From an uncultured Ruaniaceae bacterium (GTDB lineage Bacteria > Actinomycetota > Actinomycetes > Actinomycetales > Beutenbergiaceae): a stretch of DNA of 38,395 nucleotides. This document shows, piece by piece, positions 29,201-37,078 of this stretch; the first letter of the stretch is position 1; the number at the start of each line of letters is the position of its first letter. The stretch spans positions 1 through 38,395 of the forward strand of contig CALKWS010000046.1 in the NCBI GenBank assembly GCA_938004115.1, given 5' to 3'. Under the pieces are notes generated by a model. That model saw nothing but the letters and a program-made list of their open reading frames with translations, did not search any database and had not been told where the DNA came from. Both the position numbers and the translations under genes were made by a program.

Positions 29201-29602
29201 GGCGAGACGCAGGCGGCCGACGGCGAGGCACAGGCGGCCGACGGCGAGCCCCAAGCCGGCGACGGCACGCCGCCAGCCGGCAGCACGGGTGAGTCGACCC
29301 CGGAGCAGGACCGGCAGGGTCCCGAGACCGCATCCGAGCCTGCTGACCAGACCGGTGACCACGGCCCGGCCTCCGACCGAGACCAGGACCCGGGTGAACC
29401 GGCTCCAGCGCCCGAGGCGACGCCCGCGGCTGCGTCCGCCGCACAGCCCGATGGCGATGGTTCGCGGCCCGATGGCGATGGTTCGCGGGCCGATGGCGAA
29501 GGGTCGCAGCCCGATAGCGACGACTCCCAGGCGGACGGCGAGGAGTCACAGGCCGAGCCCGAGGCGGGCGAAACCGCGCAGGTCGGCACCGGGCAGGGGT
29601 GA
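26213..29602 (+). CDS. rne: Ribonuclease E/G with long disordered N- and C-terminal extensions
   Basis: S1 domain GRVQNVLPSMEAAFIDIG, VDVNTG, LRDIGGIIVIDFIDM, Zn-link CEHCNGRG, Arg-rich tracts; GTG at 26213 after GGAG. Confidence 0.96.
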   Translation: MSDQPTNDATTESTPAATGRRRPRRATRPVMTPAQREAAEQQAAQEQTDREQAAEDQRQQERAEQDQRQQEPAEQAAPEERTAEPAATVPPAQVGAGEQAQDDVEEPAEAVEDSDDTEDSGAEDAGDANPDEGRQSADPAGPALDVFAALGIDPQETQEAESTSTPAVIDLDIPERDRKDPQGRGTQTRSRDQDEAPAQDEEPEEPKRGRSRSRRARPASDAASPDRTPPSEESAAQERAGDDDNEQDEDAESPRLPATALLFQAPDPTRARRPRRAAAPAGPPVGGNGPDGSAEDSATEGSSADRDESDATAGTTADSASDDAGRMPDADTGSDDGSEGAEDEDGQGSKRRRRRRGGRGRRRGGGKRNGQGEESASEGAGKSESGRGTDDQASESDGESAAAKKSSGDGDSADNGDNGDNGSNGGGSSRRRRRRRGSRGSDDSSRDEVTALKGSTRLEAKRQRRRDGRDSQRRRAIITEAEFLARRESVKRDMVVRERNGRTQVAVLEDEILVEHYVARKSQTSMVGNVHLGRVQNVLPSMEAAFIDIGKGRNAVLYAGEVNWDAAGLEGQPRRIEQALAPGDTVLVQVTKDPMGHKGARLTSQITLAGRYLVLVPSGAMTGISRKLPDTERNRLKKLLKDIVPDGQGVIVRTAAEGATEEELRRDVERLTRQWADIQKKANRKSVSAPTLLKGEPELAVRVVRDVFNEDFSSLTISGEEAWKTISEYVEAVAPDLRDRVYHWTEKKDLFSELRIDEQIAKALDRKVWLPSGGSLVIDRTEAMTVVDVNTGKFTGTGGTLEETVTRNNLEAAEEIVRQLRLRDIGGIIVIDFIDMVLEANRDLVLRRLVECLGRDRTRHQVAEVTSLGLVQMTRKRIGQGLLEAFSENCEHCNGRGYLVHTEPLESDDRGKRGGKSKGGGRTEPEQDEAQRAQVRAALANIAAAAANAHAEQDAKDARSAQSGPESSDAQTDPDGGADKPAATSGGAERQEEKADGETQAADGEAQAADGEPQAGDGTPPAGSTGESTPEQDRQGPETASEPADQTGDHGPASDRDQDPGEPAPAPEATPAAASAAQPDGDGSRPDGDGSRADGEGSQPDSDDSQADGEESQAEPEAGETAQVGTGQG
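29195..29520 (+). repeat. In-frame 21-bp tandem repeats in the rne C-terminal tail
   Basis: GCCGACGGCGAGnCnCAGGCG-type unit about three times (ADGETQA/ADGEAQA/ADGEPQA), and CCGATGGCGATGGTTCGCGG-type unit three times near 29447-29515 (PDGDGSR/PDGDGSR/ADGEGSQ). Confidence 0.8.
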
Positions 29603-29636
29603 GCCGGGCCGGCGCGGCGGCGCCGCCGAACCGGCT
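29602..29636. terminator. GC-rich hairpin between convergent rne and the hypothetical gene
   Basis: AGCCGG...CGGCG...CGCCG...CCGGCT; no U-tract. Confidence 0.4.
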
Positions 29637-31746
29637 ATGCGCCGCCGCGCCACCACCGGCGAATCGCCCACCGCAGGAGCACCGGACCCCCGGCGAGCGT
29701 GGCCACGGCCAGGAGGAAGCCGACCTGCGCTGACCCCGGAGCGGCCACGGTGAGCACGAACATGCCCACCGCCCAGCACGTCAGCCAGATCATGGCGCGG
29801 GTGCGCGGACCGCGAGAGCGGCGCAACCGTTCGCTGCCGCGCCCGGTGAACGGGTCGTCCTCGAAGGATCCCGGCTCGGCGTGCAGATCGACCAGGGACA
29901 GACCCGCGGCCCCGGCGAAGGCCGCCAGGCCGCTCAGGTCACCACCCGGGGCCCACTCGGCAGCCGGTAGCACCACCCGCCAGCGTCCCGCACGGTCGGC
30001 GAACGCGAAGCCCCAGGTGGTGTCCTTGTGATGAAGGCGCACCAGGGCGACCGCCCCCAGGTCCTCATCGGAACTGCCGGCGATCCACACCTCGTGCCCG
30101 GAGGCCCCGCGAACCCCGATGTTCGCCCCGTCGAACCGGAGTTCGGCGCGCTGGGCGAACTGCTTGCTCGCGTGCTCCGACGCGCCGGGGTGGTAGACCG
30201 CCACCATCGTGCGCCAGTCCCGGTCCACCAGCCAGTGTCCGACCCACCACACCCAGGGCTCGGCTGCGGCCAGCAGGGCCAGGCCGACCACGATCCAGGT
30301 GAACCAGCCGGACTGGTCGGACAGCGCCAGATCCGCAGCGCCCCAGGCGACGGCGATCGGAGCCAACCGCTGCAGCCACGGCTGCAGCGGTGAGGCCGGT
30401 CCCACCTCGAACTGCCGCTTGGTGCGCCGGCCGATGGCGTGCTTGCGAGTGGCCGCCAGGCCCCGGCGCGGGAGCAGGTGCGGCGCCGGGCGGAGCATCC
30501 GCACTGCCGGGAGGGGGTCCGCCGGAACGGGTGTACGCCTGCCACCAGCGGGCTCGTCGTCAGCCGGCCCGCCGGTGGGTCGATCCTCCCGACGGCCTGC
30601 AGCGGGACTGGCGTCGTCGCTCGATGCGCCTTTGCGCAGTCGCGCAGGCCACCACTGCGGCCTCGTCGTCGCCGGTGCGGGGAGACTGAGCGGTGGAGGG
30701 TGGGCCACGCCGCGGCGGATCGGAACGTCGAGGACGGCGGCACCGGCGACGATGCCGCTCGCCTCCAAGGCCCAGACCACGTTCGCGTGCTGGCTCAGTT
30801 CGGTCACCTCCGCGCCGGTGAGCGCCGGTTGCCGCACCAGGAGATCGGGTTGGGCGAGCCAGTCGGCCACGGCGACCGCGCCCATGGAGTACCCAGACTG
30901 CGTGCAGAAGTGCACGGCACCCAGGTCATCGAACCGCGGCACCGGCGCGTATCGTTCGGCCGGATCCGCCAGGTACTCGGTGGTGGTCGGGCGAGGCGGT
31001 GCCACATGCATCAGATAGGCGATCGGCTCCGGCACCCCGATCACCTCGTGGCCGTCGGCCGTGGTCACCTCCACCCGGCCCCGGGTGAACAGCAGCCGGG
31101 CGAACCGGGCCCATCTGGTCTGCGGCACCGCGCGCGGGGAGGGGCGCAACTCGATCCGCCCGGCCGCCGAGGGCAGTGCCGGCATCGCGGGGCGCTCGAA
31201 GTCCCAGACCGCGGCACTGAACATCGCGGTCAGGTGCCGGGCCCGCTGGGCGCCGTGGGCGGCGCGCCCGGCCAGGTACAACGCCTGCATGAGCCCGGTC
31301 CGGCGTGCGCTGGACATACTCATCGCGTGGACCGTGCCGGCCAGATCGGCCAGCACCTCGGCGTACGCCGGGGCGAAGCCGAACACCGGCTCCTCGGCAT
31401 GACGTCGGGGCACCGGCACCCTGGCGACCGGTGCGCCCGGCTCCACCCACTCCTGGCCGAGGGGCGGCTTCGCCCGGATCGAGCCGAACTCCGCGCCGTC
31501 GAAGGTCCAGTGCCGCAGATTGCCCTCGAACTGCTCCAACTGACGATCCAGGCGCTCGAACTGCGCCCGCACCTCGTGCTGGGCCGCCGGGAGGAACTCG
31601 ATCAGCTCGATGATCGCCAGCCGGGCCGCCGTCACCTGCGTGCGGGAGAACTCGAACGGTGCGTCCTGGGCCAACAACAACTGGGTCGCGGTACGCGGGT
31701 AGTGTGCCGGTAACAGCGGCTCCGGAACGCCTCGGCTCTCAGTCAT
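29635..31746 (-). CDS. Hypothetical membrane protein with an internally duplicated domain
   Basis: 703 aa ORF filling the rne-rplU gap, plausible composition, two pairs of hydrophobic helices, two similar segments ending in AxGHEV. Confidence 0.75.
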   Translation of the reverse strand: MTESRGVPEPLLPAHYPRTATQLLLAQDAPFEFSRTQVTAARLAIIELIEFLPAAQHEVRAQFERLDRQLEQFEGNLRHWTFDGAEFGSIRAKPPLGQEWVEPGAPVARVPVPRRHAEEPVFGFAPAYAEVLADLAGTVHAMSMSSARRTGLMQALYLAGRAAHGAQRARHLTAMFSAAVWDFERPAMPALPSAAGRIELRPSPRAVPQTRWARFARLLFTRGRVEVTTADGHEVIGVPEPIAYLMHVAPPRPTTTEYLADPAERYAPVPRFDDLGAVHFCTQSGYSMGAVAVADWLAQPDLLVRQPALTGAEVTELSQHANVVWALEASGIVAGAAVLDVPIRRGVAHPPPLSLPAPATTRPQWWPARLRKGASSDDASPAAGRREDRPTGGPADDEPAGGRRTPVPADPLPAVRMLRPAPHLLPRRGLAATRKHAIGRRTKRQFEVGPASPLQPWLQRLAPIAVAWGAADLALSDQSGWFTWIVVGLALLAAAEPWVWWVGHWLVDRDWRTMVAVYHPGASEHASKQFAQRAELRFDGANIGVRGASGHEVWIAGSSDEDLGAVALVRLHHKDTTWGFAFADRAGRWRVVLPAAEWAPGGDLSGLAAFAGAAGLSLVDLHAEPGSFEDDPFTGRGSERLRRSRGPRTRAMIWLTCWAVGMFVLTVAAPGSAQVGFLLAVATLAGGPVLLRWAIRRWWRGGA

Positions 31747-31797
31747 CGCCGGCCCAGCGTATCGGCGGCGGAGAGGTCCAGATCACAAGGGGTGAGT

Positions 31798-31827
31798 TTG
31801 CTCCGTGAGGGGACACTCGCGTAACCT
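31798..31827 (+). promoter_or_regulatory. Putative sigma70-type promoter of rplU-rpmA
   Basis: TTGCTC-N18-TAACCT. Confidence 0.6.
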
Positions 31828-31960
31828 TAAGCGTCGGCGCTACGTGCGCCGTCTCCCCTCCTGCGCGGGCGTGACCAGGTCTGGTTCCGCGGGCACCGTG
31901 ATCCGGTGCCTCGCTGCGGGGAGGAGCCGCAGATGTTGTCCAGACAGGAATGAGCAGAAC

Positions 31961-32269
31961 GTGGTGTACGCGATCGTCAAGGCCGGTGGCCGGCAGGAGA
32001 AGGTGTCCGTCGGTGACATCGTCGTCGTGGACCGGCTCTCCGGTGACGTGGGCGACGCCGTCGAGCTCACCCCGGTGCTGGTGGTGGACGGCAACGAGGT
32101 GACCACCGACGCGGAGAAGCTCGCCAAGGTCACCGTGTCCGCGGAGATCGTCCAGGACGAGAAGGGTCCGAAGATCACCATCGGCAAGTACAAGAACAAG
32201 ACTCGTTACCGCCGTCGGGCCGGTCACCGCCAGCAGTTGACCCGCCTGAAGGTCACCGGTATCGCTTAA
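31961..32269 (+). CDS. rplU: 50S ribosomal protein L21
   Basis: [14 protein letters not shown]...[19 protein letters not shown]; the start may be 31961 or 31964. Confidence 0.96.
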   Translation: MVYAIVKAGGRQEKVSVGDIVVVDRLSGDVGDAVELTPVLVVDGNEVTTDAEKLAKVTVSAEIVQDEKGPKITIGKYKNKTRYRRRAGHRQQLTRLKVTGIA

Positions 32270-32285
32270 GGAAAGCAGGTAGGTC

Positions 32286-32543
32286 ATGGCAACCAAGAAG
32301 GGCGCAAGCTCCTCCCGCAACGGCCGCGACTCCAACGCGCAACGGCTCGGGGTCAAGCGGTTCGGCGGGCAGACCGTCAAGGCCGGTGAGATCCTGGTCC
32401 GGCAGCGCGGCACCAAGTTCCACCCCGGCAACAACGTGCGTCGCGCCGGGGACGACTCCCTGTACGCGCTGGCCGCGGGCGAGGTGCAGTTCGGTACCCG
32501 CCGCGGACGCAAGGTCGTCGACATCGTCCTTGCCGACGCCTGA
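32286..32543 (+). CDS. rpmA: 50S ribosomal protein L27
   Basis: [28 protein letters not shown]...[10 protein letters not shown]. Confidence 0.98.
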   Translation: MATKKGASSSRNGRDSNAQRLGVKRFGGQTVKAGEILVRQRGTKFHPGNNVRRAGDDSLYALAAGEVQFGTRRGRKVVDIVLADA

Positions 32544-32713
32544 GCAGACTCCGTCACGGGGGCGCACCGGCAGCACGTCGGAGCGCCCCCGTTGCTCATT
32601 CCACAGCCCGGTGGCGAACCTGGCCATCGCGGCATCGGACCGGGTCCCTAGGCACTCCGGCCGCGCCGGGCGGCCCGGCCACCGGCTCCCACGACTCAGC
32701 ACCTGGAGGTGTC

Positions 32714-34210
32714 ATGGCGGACTTCGTCGACCGGGTGGTGCTGCACGCACGCGGGGGCAACGGTGGCCACGGGGCCGCGTCGGTCCACCGCGAGAAGTTC
32801 AAACCGCTGGGCGGTCCCGACGGCGGTAACGGCGGCGCGGGCGGGGACGTGATCCTGCAGGTCGACCCCCAGGTGACCACGCTGCTGGACTACCACCACT
32901 CACCGCACCGCCGCGCCACCAGCGGCACCCAGGGCATGGGCGGCAACCGCACCGGCAAGAACGGCGCCGACCTGGTACTGGCCGTCCCCGACGGCACCGT
33001 GGTGAAGACCACCGACGGGCAGGTCGTGGCCGACCTGGTGGGCGCGGGCACCCGGTTCGTCGCCGCCGCAGGCGGGCGCGGCGGCCTCGGCAACGCCGCC
33101 CTGGCCTCACCGCGGCGCAAGGCCCCCGGATTCGCCCTGCTCGGGGAACCGGGCCAGGAACGGGACCTGGTCCTGGAACTGAAGACCGTGGCCGACGTGG
33201 CCCTGGTCGGGTTCCCCTCCGCCGGGAAGTCGTCGCTGATCGCCGCGATGAGTGCTGCACGGCCCAAGATCGCCGACTACCCCTTCACCACCCTGGTGCC
33301 GAACCTGGGGGTGGTCCAGGCAGGGGAGCACCGGTTCACCATGGCCGACGTCCCCGGGCTCATCCCGGGCGCCTCCCAGGGCAAGGGCCTGGGCCTGGAG
33401 TTCCTGAGGCACATCGAACGCTGCGCGGTGATCGTGCACGTGCTGGACTGCGCCACCCTCGAACCCGGCCGCGACCCGATCAGCGACCTGGACGTGATCG
33501 AGGCGGAATTGGCCGCCTACAGCGCTGACCTCGAGATCGAGGGCGGGCGGGTGCCGCTGTCGGACCGTCCCCGCCTGGTGGTGCTGAACAAGGTCGACGT
33601 CCCCGAGGCACGGGAGCTGGCCGATCTGGTGCGTCCGGACCTGGAAGCGCGCGGCCTGGAGGTGTACGAGATCTCCGCGGTCGCCCGCACCGGCCTGCGG
33701 GAACTGTCCTTCGCACTGGCCGGCATCGTGCAGCGTGCCCGTGAGCAGTCCCCGCCCGCAGCGCCCACCCGCACCGTGCTACGACCGGCGGCAGCGGGGG
33801 AGGCGCCCTTCACCGTCACCCGCCGGCACACCGACCGGGAGTACTTCCTGGTCACCGGGGAGAAACCGGAACGCTGGGTGAACCAGACCGACTTCGGCAA
33901 CGACGAGGCGGTGGGCTTCCTCGCCGACCGGCTGGCGCGCCTGGGCGTCGAGGAGGCGCTGTTCAAGGCAGGCGCGAGTCCCGGTGCGGAAGTGGTGATC
34001 GGAGACGGGCCCGACGGGGTGATCTTCGACTGGGAACCGACGATGATGACGGGTCCGGAACTACTCGGCGCCCGCGGTACCGATGCGCGGCTGGACGACC
34101 GCAGCCGGCCGACGCGCGCCGAGCGGCGCCAGGAGTACTACGACCGGATGGACGCCAAGGCCGCAGCCAGGCAGGAACTGCAGGACGAGGTCTGGACCGA
34201 CCGGGAGTGA
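32714..34210 (+). CDS. obgE: GTPase ObgE/CgtA
   Basis: Gly-rich Obg fold, [22 protein letters not shown]; SD GGAGGT. Confidence 0.97.
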   Translation: MADFVDRVVLHARGGNGGHGAASVHREKFKPLGGPDGGNGGAGGDVILQVDPQVTTLLDYHHSPHRRATSGTQGMGGNRTGKNGADLVLAVPDGTVVKTTDGQVVADLVGAGTRFVAAAGGRGGLGNAALASPRRKAPGFALLGEPGQERDLVLELKTVADVALVGFPSAGKSSLIAAMSAARPKIADYPFTTLVPNLGVVQAGEHRFTMADVPGLIPGASQGKGLGLEFLRHIERCAVIVHVLDCATLEPGRDPISDLDVIEAELAAYSADLEIEGGRVPLSDRPRLVVLNKVDVPEARELADLVRPDLEARGLEVYEISAVARTGLRELSFALAGIVQRAREQSPPAAPTRTVLRPAAAGEAPFTVTRRHTDREYFLVTGEKPERWVNQTDFGNDEAVGFLADRLARLGVEEALFKAGASPGAEVVIGDGPDGVIFDWEPTMMTGPELLGARGTDARLDDRSRPTRAERRQEYYDRMDAKAAARQELQDEVWTDRE

Positions 34211-34243
34211 GGCGCTACCGCTCGGGTGCGCCAGAATGATGCC

Positions 34244-35389
34244 GTGACCACCGCAGTGACCGACCGCGCCGCCCTGGCCGACACCACCAGGGCGCGGCGC
34301 GTGGTCGTCAAGATCGGGTCCTCCTCGCTGACCGATACCGGCGGGCGACTCGATGTGCACAAACTCAACGCACTGGTGGAGGTGCTGGCCGCCCGGCGTG
34401 CCGGCGGGGGACAGGTGGTGCTGGTCTCCTCCGGTGCGATCGCCTCGGCACTGGGGGTGCTGGGCCTGAGCGCCCGGCCCCAGGATCTGGCCACCGCCCA
34501 GGCCGCCGCCAGCGTCGGTCAGGGCCTGCTGATGGCCCACTACACCCGCGCCTTCGGCGCCCACGACATCACCGTGGGTCAGGTGCTGCTCACCGTGGAG
34601 GACGTGATCCGCCGGGCCCACCACCGCAACGTGCAGCGCAACCTGGAGCGTCTGCTCGCCCTCGGTGTGCTGCCGATCGTCAACGAGAACGACGCGGTCG
34701 CCACCCAGGAGATCAAGTTCGGCGACAACGACCGGCTCGCCGCCCTGGTGTCCCACCTGACCAAGGCCGACGCGCTGGTGCTGCTCACCGACGTCGATGC
34801 CCTGTACGACCGCTCCCCGCGGCATCCGGACGCCCGGAGGATCGCCCGCGTCGACAGCCAGCAGGATCTGCAGGGGATCGAGGTGACCGCCCGCAGCACC
34901 GGGGTGGGCACCGGCGGGATGGTCTCCAAGCTCGACTCCGCCGCGATCGCCTCCGGCGCGGGTATCCCGGTGGTGGTGACCTCCGCGGAGAACGCCGGGG
35001 CCGTCCTGGCCGGCGCCGACGTGGGCACCTGGTTCGAGCCCGCCGCCCGGCGGGTCAGCGCACGCAGGTTGTGGCTCGCTCACGCCGCCCACACCAGCGG
35101 GGCGGTCCAGGTGGACGACGGGGCGGTCCGCGCCATCACCGTGGGCAAGAAGTCGCTCCTCGCAGCCGGTGTGACCAGCGTCTCCGGGGAATTCGACGCC
35201 GGCGAACCGATCGACGTGCTCGACCCGGGCGGACGGGTGGTGGCCCGCGGCCTGGCGGCCTACAGCGCGGAGGAACTACCCGAACGGCTGGGCCGGACCT
35301 CGGCGGAACTGCGGCGGCAGTTCGGTCCGGACAGCGCGCGTGCGGTGGTCCACCGCGACGACCTGGTGGTCCTGCACCACGACCGCTGA
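34244..35389 (+). CDS. proB: Glutamate 5-kinase with PUA domain
   Basis: VVVKIGSSSLT, VSSGAI, NENDAV, FGDNDRL, GTGGMVSK, C-terminal VVHRDDL. Confidence 0.96.
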   Translation: MTTAVTDRAALADTTRARRVVVKIGSSSLTDTGGRLDVHKLNALVEVLAARRAGGGQVVLVSSGAIASALGVLGLSARPQDLATAQAAASVGQGLLMAHYTRAFGAHDITVGQVLLTVEDVIRRAHHRNVQRNLERLLALGVLPIVNENDAVATQEIKFGDNDRLAALVSHLTKADALVLLTDVDALYDRSPRHPDARRIARVDSQQDLQGIEVTARSTGVGTGGMVSKLDSAAIASGAGIPVVVTSAENAGAVLAGADVGTWFEPAARRVSARRLWLAHAAHTSGAVQVDDGAVRAITVGKKSLLAAGVTSVSGEFDAGEPIDVLDPGGRVVARGLAAYSAEELPERLGRTSAELRRQFGPDSARAVVHRDDLVVLHHDR

Positions 35390-35405
35390 TATGCCGGGGA
35401 AGGTC

Positions 35406-35437
35406 CTCGGTGACCTGCGATCTCGGTGACCTGCGAT
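35406..35437. repeat. Perfect 16-bp tandem duplication
   Basis: CTCGGTGACCTGCGAT twice, just after the proB stop. Confidence 0.85.
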
Positions 35438-35500
35438 CGCGGCCGATGCGCCCCGGGGTGCCCGCCGTGACCGCACCGCGTGCACCGGCGCAGCGGGTAG

Positions 35501-35530
35501 TTGACTTCGCCTCGGCGGCACCCATAACCT
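35501..35530 (+). promoter_or_regulatory. Sigma70-type promoter driving the riboswitch leader
   Basis: TTGACT-N18-TAACCT; the predicted start (about 35537) coincides with the 5' edge of the aptamer. Confidence 0.75.
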
Positions 35531-35537
35531 CATAGTC

Positions 35538-35645
35538 GGTCCAGAGCGTCAGCGCCAAGCCCCGGCTCGCTGACCGGCAACCCCCGCGCAGTGGGGTGCC
35601 CCGGGAAACGACCAGGCCCCGGCCAACCGGCCGGCGGCAAGCGCA
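35538..35645 (+). ncRNA. SAM-IV riboswitch aptamer (SAM-I clan)
   Basis: P1 GGTC/GACC; GAG-CGTCAGC..AAGC-CCCG-GCTC-GCTGAC (P2); GGCAACCCC..GGGGTGCC (P3); P2-loop CCCG can pair with CGGG; P4 CCGGCC/GGCCGG; 3' GCAAGCGC can pair with the P3 loop GCGC. Matches the actinobacterial SAM-IV pattern as I recall it. Confidence 0.88.
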
Positions 35646-35687
35646 TCACCGCCCACGCGGTGCCAACCAGAAGGACAAGACACACTG

Positions 35688-35774
35688 ATGAACACCACCA
35701 GGACCCCTGCGTACCAGCGACGCGTCGTCTCCTGTGTGATGTGTTCCATGTGTTGCTGCTCCATGTCGGCCTGA
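35688..35774 (+). CDS. Cys/Met-rich 28-aa small ORF, putative attenuator leader peptide
   Basis: MNTTRTPAYQRRVVSCVMCSMCCCSMSA*, upstream AGAAGGA. The last 14 codons contain 5 Cys, 3 Met and 4 Ser. Too short for the supplied ORF track. Confidence 0.72.
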   Translation: MNTTRTPAYQRRVVSCVMCSMCCCSMSA

Positions 35775-35931
35775 ACCGACACCTCGACCGGCAGCCTCGG
35801 CCCGACCGGGCCCCTTGGCGCCACCCCCCAGTTGCTCGGCGAGCACGCGGGTCCGGTGCGTGACACACCGGACGTGCCCCGCGGCTGGGGTCATGGAGTG
35901 ATTTCTTCTGTGCACGAAAGTGAGCACCGCT

Positions 35932-36930
35932 GTGACCGTCGTCCCCACCCCCCTGACCGCGCCCTTCTCCCTGATCGGCGTGGACCTGTCCAACGCCGGC
36001 GCCCCTCGTGAGTGGCAGCGCGAGCGAAACTCCGAGACCGAACAGTTCATCATGGGCCGGCTCGCCGGGTTGGCCTCCCTGGCCGACCGCGGCGGCGTGG
36101 ATCTCATCGCCCTGGATGAGACCTTCCGCCTGGGCGGGCACCGCCGCCGGGACGCCTGGCTGGACGGCGCCCTGGCCGCCTCCAGGCTCTCCCGGCACAC
36201 CACCCGCGCGGCCGTGGCCGCAGCGGTACCCCTGGCCACCGCCCGCCCCGAGCACGTCGCCGGAGCGATCGCCTCGGTCCACCGGGCGACCGGTCAGCGC
36301 GCCGGATGGCAGCTTCCCCTCGGAACCACCGCGCAGGGGGCCGGGGCCCGCAGCGTCGACGCCGTCCTGCGGGCCACCACGCTGAAGACCACCACCTCGC
36401 AGCGAAACGCCGCCACCCCCACCGTCCGGCCCGCGGTGGTGGTGCCGGTGCGCACGGGCGTGGACGCCGAGCTGGCCGCCGCCCGGGCCGACGTCGCGCG
36501 GATCTCGGTGGCAACGCTGGAGGAGGCCCGGGCCGCGCGCTCGGCGATCCGCGACGCCGCCGTCGAATGGGGCCGGGCCCCCGAGGACGTCAAGGTGCTG
36601 GTGGACGTTCACGCGGTGCTCTCCGCGGACCGTCCCAGTGCCCAGGCGCGATGGGACCTGCTGTCCTCCCTGGAGTTGCCCGAGGGACTACCGGCCCTGC
36701 GCGTGATCGGCACCGCCGGCGACCTTGCCACCCTGTGGAACGCCTGGGTGCAGGCCGGGGCCGCCGACGGGTTCACCGTGGTGCCGGCCTCGGTGCCCAC
36801 CGACGTGGCCGCCCTGGCCGGCGACCTCGTGCCCGCCCTCACCGACCTGGGACTACGTACCCCGCACACCCCGGCGGTCCCGGCCGCACGCGCGCGCAGC
36901 ACCCAGCGCACCGCTGCCGCCGCCCGGTGA
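35932..36930 (+). CDS. Shortened luciferase-like (LLM) flavin-dependent oxidoreductase, NtaA/SnaA/DszA-related
   Basis: [60 protein letters not shown] at 35932 follows GAAAGTGAG; 35920 is an alternative start. Confidence 0.78.
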   Translation: MTVVPTPLTAPFSLIGVDLSNAGAPREWQRERNSETEQFIMGRLAGLASLADRGGVDLIALDETFRLGGHRRRDAWLDGALAASRLSRHTTRAAVAAAVPLATARPEHVAGAIASVHRATGQRAGWQLPLGTTAQGAGARSVDAVLRATTLKTTTSQRNAATPTVRPAVVVPVRTGVDAELAAARADVARISVATLEEARAARSAIRDAAVEWGRAPEDVKVLVDVHAVLSADRPSAQARWDLLSSLELPEGLPALRVIGTAGDLATLWNAWVQAGAADGFTVVPASVPTDVAALAGDLVPALTDLGLRTPHTPAVPAARARSTQRTAAAAR

Positions 36931-37078
36931 TCGCGGTCGTGGGCGGCGCCGCCAGCCGGGCAAGGCACGGCACCGCCGGTACGACATGGCAACAGCACCC
37001 CCCGCCCGGGGAGGCGGTCAGCGCGGGGGCGCGCAGCACCCGTCCCGCACCCCGCGAAGCGGGCTTAAGGTGTGTGCT

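Noticed and set aside
26167-29362. Long antisense and alternative-frame ORFs (e.g. 26570-29362, 21722-24007, 5736-7598, 1176-2747, 36839-38386)
   Set aside because: Shadow ORFs expected in very GC-rich DNA. They overlap genes with clear motifs and have no recognisable domains.
35646-35866. Minus-strand ORFs over the riboswitch leader (e.g. ...MEQQHMEHITQE...)
   Set aside because: Antisense reading of the Cys/Met codons. The promoter, aptamer and SD all point to the plus strand.
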